From assembly GCA_965214835.1 (NCBI GenBank), contig CBDCCK010000002.1, positions 512,001 through 576,000 on the forward strand: DNA of 64,000 bases, given 5' to 3'. Both the position numbers and the translations under genes were made by a program. The DNA comes from Nitrosopumilaceae archaeon. GTDB lineage: Archaea; Thermoproteota; Nitrososphaeria; Nitrososphaerales; Nitrosopumilaceae. Shown here one piece after another: positions 18,277 through 27,270 of the stretch. The notes below the pieces were generated by a model. That model did no database searches, was not told the DNA's origin, and saw nothing but the letters and a program-made list of their open reading frames with translations. Numbering within the stretch: the stretch's first letter is position 1; every line of letters begins with the position of its first letter.

Positions 18277-19434
18277 TCAGAAGCCGTACTTTTGTTTCAG
18301 CGGTGAGAACCGTCTCAGCTCGGAGACTGCCTTTTTGATGATTTCGATGGCCCGGTCAACCTCCTCCTCGGTGTTATAGATTCCCAGCGTAAGGCGCAGC
18401 GAGCCGGATATCTGCTCGTGTGAGAATCCCATGGCCTGCAGCACATGGGATGCCTTTTGGGTATTGACAGAGCATGCAGAGCCAGTAGATGCCGCAATGC
18501 CGTACTCGTCAAGCTTGATTATCAGGTCCTCCCCGTTGACTCCAAGAAACGTAAGATGGATGTTGTTTGGAATCCTAGACGAGGGATGTCCGTTAAACGA
18601 CGAGTGGGGGACATCAGACAGCATTGCAGAGACCAGCCTTTCCTGCAGTTTTTTAAACAGCCTGACATTATAACTGAGGTTTTCCCTTGAAATGGCGCAT
18701 GCCTTGCCGAATCCGACAGCGCCTGCGACATTTTCGGTTCCAGAGCGCATTCCACGCTCCTGGCCGCCTCCAAGGACCAGCGGATCAAGCCTTACGCCTC
18801 GGCGGACAAACAGCGCCCCGACCCCCTTGGGCCCGTTGATCTTGTGGGAGGAGATTGATAGCAGGTCAATGCCCAGATCCCTGACATCGATGGGGTGCTT
18901 GCCTGCTGCCTGCACGGCATCGGTGTGAAACAGGACGCCCCTCTGATGGCAGATATCGGAGATTTCCCGGATTGGCTGGATAGTGCCTACCTCGTTGTTT
19001 GCATACATGATGCTGACAAGGCAGGTCTCATCGCAGACAGAGGAGCGCAGCTCGTCCAAATCGACAACCCCGTATTCGTCTACGGACAGATAGGTTACAC
19101 GGACCCCCCTTTCCTCCAGCCTCCTGCAGGGTTCCAGCACCGCATCATGTTCAACAGATGACGTGATGACGTGCCTTCCCTTCGCACCGTCCACTACTCC
19201 GTAAAGGGCGGTATTGTTGGACTCGGTGCCTCCAGATGTCAGCAGGATCTCAGAGGGCTCGGCGTTGATCAGGCCGGCGATGTTCTTGCGGGCCTTTTGT
19301 ACGGCCCGGGAGGCTGCGCGTCCATAGCGATGAATTGACGAGGGGTTGCCATACTGCTCGCCGAGAAACGGAATCATTTCCTCTACGACTTGGCTGTCAA
19401 CTGCAGTGGATGCGGCGTTATCCAGGTAGATCAA
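18277..19434 (-). CDS. iscS: Cysteine desulfurase (IscS/NifS family)
   Basis: IYLDNAAST, SSHKINGPKG, STGSACS. Confidence 0.95.
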   Translation of the reverse strand: MIYLDNAASTAVDSQVVEEMIPFLGEQYGNPSSIHRYGRAASRAVQKARKNIAGLINAEPSEILLTSGGTESNNTALYGVVDGAKGRHVITSSVEHDAVLEPCRRLEERGVRVTYLSVDEYGVVDLDELRSSVCDETCLVSIMYANNEVGTIQPIREISDICHQRGVLFHTDAVQAAGKHPIDVRDLGIDLLSISSHKINGPKGVGALFVRRGVRLDPLVLGGGQERGMRSGTENVAGAVGFGKACAISRENLSYNVRLFKKLQERLVSAMLSDVPHSSFNGHPSSRIPNNIHLTFLGVNGEDLIIKLDEYGIAASTGSACSVNTQKASHVLQAMGFSHEQISGSLRLTLGIYNTEEEVDRAIEIIKKAVSELRRFSPLKQKYGF

Positions 19435-20228
19435 TCCGCGATCACGTTTAGTTTTCCAGGGGAGTATCCTTCAGGATCAATTCTTACGTCGGAGAATCCA
19501 ATCATTTTAAGGTACGACGAGAGATCCGCGCTGTGGTTTTGGACCAGATCAATGTCATGCGGCAGAACCTCGATTTTTGCAGTGCCGTCCAAATCCCGCA
19601 CGCGGACTTGCCTGATGCCGAGCGTCTGCCTTACGCGCCTCTCGGCAAGATCAACCCGGACCAGCCCCTCAGACGTTATGCTCCGTCCCCAAGGAATCCT
19701 AGATGCAAGACAGGAGTTAGAAGGCCTGTCAAAAACCGACAGTCCGGCCCGCCTGGCAAACGAGCGAACCTCGCCTTTGCGCATGTCCACATCGACGAGT
19801 GGGCTTTGGACTCCATTGCCCCGCAGGGCGGCGATTCCGGGGCGATAGTCGCCCAGGTCATCGACGTTTGTGCCATCAACGATACACCGTATCTGACGCG
19901 ATTTGGCCAGGGACATCAGGTGCTGTGCCAGCTCAGAACGGCAGTAAAAGCACCTGTTTTTGTCATTTTTTACAAAGTCCGGATTCTCCAGCTCGCTATA
20001 TGTGATGATCTGATGCTCAATGCCGATCTCCCGGGCCACGGTGGATGCCGAGTCCAGCTCGTCAGAGGACAGCGTCTGATAGTCTGCCGTGGCCGCCACC
20101 GCCGAGCCCCCCAGCGCCCTAAAGGCCGCATATGCGACCAGCGCGCTGTCGACTCCCCCCGACAGCGCAACGACTGCGCCGTGCTTGTCGCCAAACCATG
20201 ACTCTAGCTGCTCTAGTTTGTCCGTCAT
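19431..20228 (-). CDS. larE: ATP-dependent sulfur transferase LarE
   Basis: PP-loop ALSGGVDS, RCFYC, DYRPG, SCLASRIP. Confidence 0.92.
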   Translation of the reverse strand: MTDKLEQLESWFGDKHGAVVALSGGVDSALVAYAAFRALGGSAVAATADYQTLSSDELDSASTVAREIGIEHQIITYSELENPDFVKNDKNRCFYCRSELAQHLMSLAKSRQIRCIVDGTNVDDLGDYRPGIAALRGNGVQSPLVDVDMRKGEVRSFARRAGLSVFDRPSNSCLASRIPWGRSITSEGLVRVDLAERRVRQTLGIRQVRVRDLDGTAKIEVLPHDIDLVQNHSADLSSYLKMIGFSDVRIDPEGYSPGKLNVIAD

Positions 20229-21439
20229 GCCTGCAAGTCCCCTATCGCACTCTTGGCTAGATCCTCGGCATCACGCAGGGACAGTCCCAGCGCCTCTGAG
20301 ATCGTCTTGATATCATCAAACTCAACCTTGAAGAGCCTTTGCGTGGGGGGGCTGACCTTGAATCTGACATCAAACTCGGTCCCACGGATCGTGATCTTTT
20401 CAGATTTCGTCTGGCGTGGCTGGACAAAGCGCTCAGAGTGCCGTATGCGAATCCCCAGCGTCCCAGTCTCATCTGTCAGTATTCTGACAATATCATCTGT
20501 CACATCGTCGGTACAAATGACGGTAACCAGGCTTGCAGGGCGGTTCTTTTTTGTGACTGCGTGGGATATGGTGACGTCCTTTGCGCCATGGCCGATAACC
20601 CTATCAATCAGGCTGCCCAGTATCTCGCCGGATACGTCGTCAATGTTTGTCTCCAGGACTACGACAGAGTCTGTTTTTAGTGATTTTTTCCCCTTGACGA
20701 TTTTCAGCACGTTTGCAAGGGACTCGAAATTTTTCGCCCCGCCGCCATACCCTACAGAGTCAACCTCCATCGGCGGGTAGAATTCCCGGTGAGATGCTGC
20801 GAGATTGACTAGCATGCACGCTCCAGTTGGCGTGGTAAGCTCGTCGGCTACGAGGCCACCATGAATTGGTATTCGCGAGTTCTTGAAAATCTCAAGGATT
20901 GCAGGCGCAGGGTTTGAGTGCTCGCCATGTGAAAAGTTGACGGCTCCCCCGCCCACGGCGACGGTGGTACTTACTATGTCATCGCTGAAAACCCCGAGAT
21001 CGTCTAGGGCAATGGCGCAGCCAAGAATGTCAACGACGGTATCGATGCTAGATGCCTCGTGAAAATGGACCGAGTCGGCGGGGACGCCATGTATTTTGGA
21101 TTCGGCGCCTATCAGGGTGTCGATGCAGGCAGTTGCGAACCTCCTTGCCTTTTCTGATATGTCCAGCTCTAAAGTTGATTGTTCAAGGCAGCTTTTAATC
21201 TCTGCGCCGTGGCGCTCGCGGACGTCCTCCTCAACCTCAAGGACAAGGCAGGTAGCACTTATTCCATGCCTCATTTCTTTTGTAAAATCAAATTTACGAA
21301 TGCTGCTTCCCGGCAAATGTCTTTTTGCGGTCTCAACGCCTGAAAGTATCTTGGACTTGTCGGCGCCAAGATCAACTAGGGCGCAAAGCAGCATGTCGCC
21401 AGAAATCCCAGCTATCTGAGAATCTATTACAACAACCAT
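20225..21439 (-). CDS. larC: Nickel pincer cofactor biosynthesis protein LarC
   Basis: GISGDMLL, VHFHE, ELTTPTGA, ETNIDD, TKKNRP, ETGTLGIR. Confidence 0.93.
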   Translation of the reverse strand: MVVVIDSQIAGISGDMLLCALVDLGADKSKILSGVETAKRHLPGSSIRKFDFTKEMRHGISATCLVLEVEEDVRERHGAEIKSCLEQSTLELDISEKARRFATACIDTLIGAESKIHGVPADSVHFHEASSIDTVVDILGCAIALDDLGVFSDDIVSTTVAVGGGAVNFSHGEHSNPAPAILEIFKNSRIPIHGGLVADELTTPTGACMLVNLAASHREFYPPMEVDSVGYGGGAKNFESLANVLKIVKGKKSLKTDSVVVLETNIDDVSGEILGSLIDRVIGHGAKDVTISHAVTKKNRPASLVTVICTDDVTDDIVRILTDETGTLGIRIRHSERFVQPRQTKSEKITIRGTEFDVRFKVSPPTQRLFKVEFDDIKTISEALGLSLRDAEDLAKSAIGDLQA

Positions 21440-21528
21440 GAAACCAGAATGTCAAAAATGCATATAAATTCTGTCCATAATCTGATTTGCTTCATTAGGT
21501 TTAATTATTCAGCGGCCACAGCCCACAC

Positions 21529-22443
21529 ATGATTACGATAGTCGGCTCCGGCAAGGTTGGCGGGGATGCGGCCCTGTTTACCGCACTAAAAAAACTGGAC
21601 GACCAGGTCTTGCTTTTAGACATTGCAGAGGGGCTGCCCCAGGGGGAGGCCATGGACATCAACCATGCATTGTCGGAGATGGGAATCGATGTGGAGGTCA
21701 GGGGCTCAAACGATTACTCGGAGATGAGGGGCTCAGACATCGTCGTAGTCGTGGCAGGCTCCGGAAGAAAGCCGGGCATGACTAGGATGGATCTGCTGAA
21801 GATCAACGCCGGAATCGTAAAAAGCGTGGTTGAAAATGTCAGGACTCATGCAGGCGACTCTATGATAATTCCCGTGACCAATCCCCTGGATCCTATGGCA
21901 CACATAGCATACAAGGTCTCGGGCTTTGGGAGAGGCAGGGTATTCGGGATGGGGGGAATGCTGGACCTTTCAAGGTTCAGGCAGTTTATCCACGAGGCGA
22001 CCGGATACTCGAGGGACTCAATCAGGGCGCTAGTTGTCGGAGAGCATGGGGAAAACATGATTCCGTTGCCAAGATTCTCCTCGGTTTCAGGCATTCCGCT
22101 CACATCAATGCTGTCAAAAGAAAGGCTGGACGAGATAGTCCAGAGTACGAGGGGGGTTGCAGCCAGGGTAATCGAGCTAAAGGGCGCCACCGTTCACGCG
22201 CCAGGAAACGCAGTCTCGGCGATGATCGAGTCGGTTGTCAGGGATCAAAGGCAGGTGATTCCCGTTGCGACATGCCTTGACGGGGAGTACGGGCATTCGG
22301 ATGTCACGATAGGGGTTCCGGCAGTAATCGGCAGAAACGGCGTTGAAAGGATTGTCGAGCTGGACTTTGATGATGAGGAAAGGCAGATGTTTGGCAGGGC
22401 AGTAGACAACGTCAAAAGCGCGCTCTCCCAGGTGGAAATCTAA
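21529..22443 (+). CDS. mdh: Malate dehydrogenase (LDH-like MDH)
   Basis: [25 protein letters not shown]. Confidence 0.93.
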   Translation: MITIVGSGKVGGDAALFTALKKLDDQVLLLDIAEGLPQGEAMDINHALSEMGIDVEVRGSNDYSEMRGSDIVVVVAGSGRKPGMTRMDLLKINAGIVKSVVENVRTHAGDSMIIPVTNPLDPMAHIAYKVSGFGRGRVFGMGGMLDLSRFRQFIHEATGYSRDSIRALVVGEHGENMIPLPRFSSVSGIPLTSMLSKERLDEIVQSTRGVAARVIELKGATVHAPGNAVSAMIESVVRDQRQVIPVATCLDGEYGHSDVTIGVPAVIGRNGVERIVELDFDDEERQMFGRAVDNVKSALSQVEI

Positions 22444-22477
22444 TAGATTTTTATAAAAAAAATCAGGCTACAGATCT

Positions 22478-23266
22478 GTGGAGCTAGACGAGATACTATC
22501 ATCACTGGGCTCGGGAAGGATCTCGGCCGGCGAGGCCAAAAAGCTGCTTTCGCTATACTCGATAGAGAGGGTGGAGGATTTTGCAAAAATAGACACTAAC
22601 AGGAGAAAAAGAAGGGGCATTCCCGAGGTGATTCTTGCCGAAACCAAGCGGAGCCAGGAGGTAAAAAAGATCATAGAGAGGGTGATGGAAAAGGCAAATT
22701 CCGTCGTGGTGTCAAGAATGAAGGAGGAGGATCAGAGGACGATTCTGAGCTTTGCAAGAAAGTCAGGCTACAAGGTCAGGCAGGGAAGGAACTGCTCCAC
22801 AGTGACAGTTTACAAAAAGGCGATAAGGAAGAACGGCGGAAGGGTAGGCATCCTGGCGGCAGGAACGTCAGACATCGGAGTTGCAGAGGAGGCAAGGCTG
22901 ATGGCAGAGTCGATGAACTGTGAATGCATCACAAGCTATGACGTGGGGGTGGCGGGGATTCACAGGGTCATGCCAGTGCTAAAAGAGTTTGTAAAAGGCG
23001 ACGCTGATGCCATAATAGTGGTGGCGGGGATGGAGGGGGCCCTTGCAACGGTAGTTGCATCGCTAGTAGACATACCGGTCATCGGCGTGCCCACATCGGT
23101 CGGCTATGGATACGGCGAGGGGGGGATTGCCGCCCTGGCATCCATGCTGCAAAGCTGTTCCCTCGGACTGTCGGTTGTAAACATCGACAACGGAATATCT
23201 GCGGGGGCAATTGCGGCAAACATTGCAAACAGGGCAAGGAGAAATTCCGCACGCAGGACGTTTTGA
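22478..23266 (+). CDS. larB: Nickel pincer cofactor biosynthesis protein LarB
   Basis: AGTSDIGVAEEA, DVGVAGIHR, AGMEGAL, VPTSVGYG, NIDNG. Confidence 0.93.
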   Translation: MELDEILSSLGSGRISAGEAKKLLSLYSIERVEDFAKIDTNRRKRRGIPEVILAETKRSQEVKKIIERVMEKANSVVVSRMKEEDQRTILSFARKSGYKVRQGRNCSTVTVYKKAIRKNGGRVGILAAGTSDIGVAEEARLMAESMNCECITSYDVGVAGIHRVMPVLKEFVKGDADAIIVVAGMEGALATVVASLVDIPVIGVPTSVGYGYGEGGIAALASMLQSCSLGLSVVNIDNGISAGAIAANIANRARRNSARRTF

Positions 23267-23320
23267 CTTGGCAAAAATTACCCAGCGGGTCTCGTAAACG
23301 ATATATAGCATGCGGCAAGC

Positions 23321-24910
23321 ATGAGATTGAGCTTGTCAGGCAAAAGGATAGTGCTTACTGCAGATAGAAGCCTCATGACAAACTATAGGGGAAATTTCCT
23401 TTATGGATTCATTGCATGTGGGCCGTACGAGGTTCTTCCGGAATGGGTATTTGACAAGGTCTTCTGTCCTGCAGTTGAGACCGATCCGAATACGGGGGAG
23501 GTCAAGGTGGCACAGGTGGGCCTGAGGCGTGTGGAAAGCGCACTTTTGCAGGGATACGGAAGGGACGAGGTCTTTATGGCAAATCCCGACATGCTGGAAA
23601 AATCAATCGGTCCGGACACAAAGGTCGTCGGAATCAACGTGATGGATCCGCTCGGCATGGCCCCGGTGACTACCACAATGTCACCTGAAAAGCTGTCGTA
23701 TGTGGCGATGAAATTCAAAAGAATGTGTGCCAAAATCATCCAGCTGAAGAAAAGGCACGACTTTCACGTCGTAGTCGGAGGCAACGGGGCCTGGGAGCTG
23801 GCAAAATCGGACAGGATGAGGATCCACGGAATAGACACGGTCGTAGTGGGGGAGGCAGACGAGCTAGCGCTTGACTTGTTCAACGATTTGGAGAGGGGCG
23901 ATGCGCCGGAGATGATGCACTGCTTTGTCAAGAACATACAGAACATCCCGGAGATTGAGGGCCCCACGGTCAACTCATTGATTGAGGCGATGAGGGGCTG
24001 CGGAAGGGGATGCGACTTTTGCGATGTCAACAAGAGATCAAAGAAGGATCTTCCCGTCGAGAGGCTGCAAAAGGAGGCAAAAATCAACCTGGACTATGGG
24101 TTTGACTCCATCTGGCTGCACTCAGACGAGATGCTGCTCTACGGGTGTGACAACAGGGACTTTGTTCCAAACAGGGACGCGATCACGGATCTGTGGAGGA
24201 ATCTGAAGGGACTGGGCGCAAACTTTGTTGGAACCACGCACATGACGTTTTCTGCCGTTGCCGCAGATCCGGATCTGATGCGCGATATCTCGACAATCAA
24301 CAGGCAGCACGAGACCGGAAGGTGGCTGGCGACAAACCTGGGAATCGAGACGGTGGCGCCAAAGATGGTCAAAAAGCACCTGGGAGTAAAGGCGAGGCCG
24401 TTCCAGCCAGAAGAGTGGGGGGGCGTCGTAAGGGAGGGGGCAAAGATTCTAAACGAGAACCACTGGTTCCCGGCTGCCACCATCATCATCGGGTGGCCCG
24501 ACGAGACGCCTGAGGACATCCAGCATACGATCGACATGATGGCCGACTTTAGGGCGATGGACTTTAGGGGCCTGGTGGCGCCGCTGCTGTACCAGGACTT
24601 TAGTGAAAAGAACTCGATGCACTTTGGAAACCTAAACGAGGCCCAGTTTACGCTGTTTTGGAAGTGCTGGGAGAACAACCTGCGGGTGATCAACGACATA
24701 ATTCCGATAATCCTAAGAAACAAGACCTACGGGCCCCCGATGAAGATATTCATGTACGGGATAATCAAGGCCGGAACCTGGGCGATAATGAGGTATCTCA
24801 GGGGCCTCTGCAAGGATCTCTTCAACGGAAGAACGCCCGATGAGATCATTGAAAAGTATGCAAGGGGTAGATCGGTGTCTGCCCCAAGGATTGAGACAAA
24901 AAAACTATAG
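23321..24910 (+). CDS. B12-binding-domain radical SAM protein
   Basis: RGCGRGCDFC CxxxCxxC; VVGGNGAW and VVGEA B12-domain-like segment. Confidence 0.85.
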   Translation: MRLSLSGKRIVLTADRSLMTNYRGNFLYGFIACGPYEVLPEWVFDKVFCPAVETDPNTGEVKVAQVGLRRVESALLQGYGRDEVFMANPDMLEKSIGPDTKVVGINVMDPLGMAPVTTTMSPEKLSYVAMKFKRMCAKIIQLKKRHDFHVVVGGNGAWELAKSDRMRIHGIDTVVVGEADELALDLFNDLERGDAPEMMHCFVKNIQNIPEIEGPTVNSLIEAMRGCGRGCDFCDVNKRSKKDLPVERLQKEAKINLDYGFDSIWLHSDEMLLYGCDNRDFVPNRDAITDLWRNLKGLGANFVGTTHMTFSAVAADPDLMRDISTINRQHETGRWLATNLGIETVAPKMVKKHLGVKARPFQPEEWGGVVREGAKILNENHWFPAATIIIGWPDETPEDIQHTIDMMADFRAMDFRGLVAPLLYQDFSEKNSMHFGNLNEAQFTLFWKCWENNLRVINDIIPIILRNKTYGPPMKIFMYGIIKAGTWAIMRYLRGLCKDLFNGRTPDEIIEKYARGRSVSAPRIETKKL

Positions 24911-25225
24911 GCGCTCTAGTGCGGCGTCTGCAATGGTGTTTCTTTTGGGGGTCAGGGACACAAAGTAGTTTTTATCGGCCCGCTCTATGGACTCGACCCG
25001 CTTGTACGACCTTGAGGCCACGTCAAACTCGTAAATCCCAGGCTCCAGGGTCCCCTTTGCAAAAATCATCAGATAGTTCTCGCCGGACGGACTGAGCGGG
25101 ATAAAGGACATCACGTGATCCCTGTAGGAGTTGACCGGCATGGTGTTTTTCATCGGGGGTGCGGCAGATGAAAGGTACAGGAAAAGATCCCCCACGGTAT
25201 CGAACTCCTCATACTCTACATTCAT
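24905..25225 (-). CDS. Conserved archaeal hypothetical protein
   Basis: Clean ORF from ATG 25225 with core-genome-like composition. Confidence 0.65.
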   Translation of the reverse strand: MNVEYEEFDTVGDLFLYLSSAAPPMKNTMPVNSYRDHVMSFIPLSPSGENYLMIFAKGTLEPGIYEFDVASRSYKRVESIERADKNYFVSLTPKRNTIADAALERL

Positions 25226-25487
25226 TACAGTACGGACAGGCTTACCGTATAATAACCTAAAGAGTTTGATGGGCTGCTGCATGGCCGTGCCTGAGCGCGT
25301 ACAGCCACAGGTCGTTTGTGCCTAAAACCAGGCTGCATCTGGACAAATGACGGAGTTTGGAGGTTGTAGAACTCGCAGCGGGTACGGGTCTGCTTAGCGC
25401 AACGACGGCAGAAGGCGATCGGGACGCCTACAGTATCCCTACAACTATTTTTTATTATATCACATCTGAACAAAATCTAGTGATTTG

Positions 25488-25598
25488 CTATTCAGGATTA
25501 TTCCGGATTATGCTCTTGCGCCATGGCGGCAGTTTTTCATACTCTTTTAGAGCTTCCTCTATGCCCTTCTTCAACCAGCCTTTTTCTAATTCCACCAC
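25488..25598 (-). CDS. 36-aa small protein (MVELEKGWLKKGIEEALKEYEKLPPWRKSIIRNNPE)
   Basis: Read manually; TTTATA box (25621-25626, minus strand) 22 nt upstream of the GTG, i.e. leaderless geometry; amphipathic helix. Confidence 0.6.
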   Translation of the reverse strand: MVELEKGWLKKGIEEALKEYEKLPPWRKSIIRNNPE

Positions 25599-25657
25599 AA
25601 GTTATCTACACCGGTTTGGGTATAAATATCAACAGTCAGTTTTTACAACTCGACTAC

Positions 25658-27154
25658 TTACAATCTTTTGATCGAGAGCCCGTTTTGCTTCATGGTCTTC
25701 ACAAGGCCGTTGATTGCGTCCGCTTCCTCCTCAAAGAAATCCTTGGATTCCCAGAATCTGGGCTCTGATTTGGCAGGATCCCACGTGATCATCTTGCCTG
25801 TTACGTTATCTTTGCGTTTGCCCATCATGAACATGTCCGTGTAGCGCCTAGGCGATATGCCAAAGTACGGTTTGAAGTAAACCCTGCCGTTGCCGGGATC
25901 CCCGACGCTGATCGAGTCAGAGAACAGATCTCCTGCGTGGCTCTTGGGATACGGCTCGATGAACACCAGTCTCTTTATCCCAGAGGCCACGATGTGCTTG
26001 GCACAGATGTGGCATGGAAACGTGGTGCAGTACATTATGCAGTCCCTGACAGAAGACCCGCCACGTCTGGCAGAGCCTACCAGCGCGTCCATCTCTGCAT
26101 GCACCTCCCTACCGTATTCCGTAAGGCCCATAAACGCAGATCCCCTTATCCTGTCGTCCTTTAACGCGGTTTCTGCCATCTCTGCATCATCTCCTAGGCG
26201 GCTTTCAGAAAGCCACCCAGATAGTCCGAGTCTGGACAGGATGTCTTTTAGCATATTGATTTTCTTCTGCTGGTTCCGGTCATAGCCCATCCTGAACTCT
26301 CTTTTATCAGACTCGTCTCCTTCCATGTATGTCCCGCCTCCTGCCTTTGGAACCTCGTTTGTTCCGGTGGAGATCAGATCGCCATTCCTGTCCAGTATGG
26401 CCGCTCCAACCTGCCTTGAAAGTGAGGACGATCTGAGTGAGCTTGCAAACGCGTAAAACATTCCAGATTCTTCTGCATACGGCGTGTGGAACGTATTTCC
26501 AAACACCAGCTCGACAAATCGGTCTATCTGCTCTCTTACACGGTCAGGGCTTGAAGCGTCCACAAAGACATCTCCTTGTGGAAACGTCTCCCTTACAGCC
26601 TGTCCACGCTCTGCGGCATCATCGTGATAGTCCCTGTCAACAAGCTTTTCTGCATTGTCTCCCATTGTTTTCCTGAGTGTCTCCAGCCTGTTTTCCTTGG
26701 ACACATAAGCCGATATCAACCAAAAACTTCTGCCGTAGATCTTCCGCATGATCCTTATTTCGTCTGTGTGTTTTAGCGACTTGAGAACGTAGGCGTGGCT
26801 GGAATGCGGCATCTTTGCAGATTGCGTGTGACTTTTGCGGGATTTTTGTATCTGTATTGTGGTCAGAATAGCCGCCGCGCCTCCTCCTACACGACTTCGT
26901 AGTTCGTCTCCAACATCCATGTGTGAAATGACCCGCTCGTATTCTGGCTCATGCCTGACCGTTTTTTCCAGTCCAAGTACTTCTGAAAGCGCCTTACTGA
27001 TCACGATCTTCTCCGAGCTGTATCCTACGGCATTCAGGGATGTGCTCAAGCTTTTGTAGATCTGATCCAGATCCACTCCTAGCGGCCCCACCAGTCCAAA
27101 GACCAGCTCCGGTCGTGATTTGCCCTCCATGATGTATGTAGCCATTACAAACAC
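25658..27154 (-). CDS. Anti-phage-type dCTP deaminase (kinase-like + deaminase fusion, AvcD/Dcd-like)
   Basis: N-terminal ELVFGLVGPLG P-loop-like domain; SLSRQVGAAI, GTNEVPKAGGG, HAEMDAL, TTFPCHICAKHIV, EPYPKS. Confidence 0.9.
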   Translation of the reverse strand: MFVMATYIMEGKSRPELVFGLVGPLGVDLDQIYKSLSTSLNAVGYSSEKIVISKALSEVLGLEKTVRHEPEYERVISHMDVGDELRSRVGGGAAAILTTIQIQKSRKSHTQSAKMPHSSHAYVLKSLKHTDEIRIMRKIYGRSFWLISAYVSKENRLETLRKTMGDNAEKLVDRDYHDDAAERGQAVRETFPQGDVFVDASSPDRVREQIDRFVELVFGNTFHTPYAEESGMFYAFASSLRSSSLSRQVGAAILDRNGDLISTGTNEVPKAGGGTYMEGDESDKREFRMGYDRNQQKKINMLKDILSRLGLSGWLSESRLGDDAEMAETALKDDRIRGSAFMGLTEYGREVHAEMDALVGSARRGGSSVRDCIMYCTTFPCHICAKHIVASGIKRLVFIEPYPKSHAGDLFSDSISVGDPGNGRVYFKPYFGISPRRYTDMFMMGKRKDNVTGKMITWDPAKSEPRFWESKDFFEEEADAINGLVKTMKQNGLSIKRL

Positions 27155-27270
27155 CTTGTTGATATGCCTTCTGACATGTCAGACAAGGTACAATAAAGTG
27201 GGTGGGAATGAATAAAATGCGCTACACGTGTGAGTTATCTAAACATATGACTAAAGCCTTGTGTGCTATG

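Noticed and set aside
25225-25473. GC-rich stretch considered as SRP/RNase P RNA or a Zn-ribbon gene (CRRC..C)
   Set aside because: Lacks SRP and RNase P signature motifs; at best a decayed small ORF.
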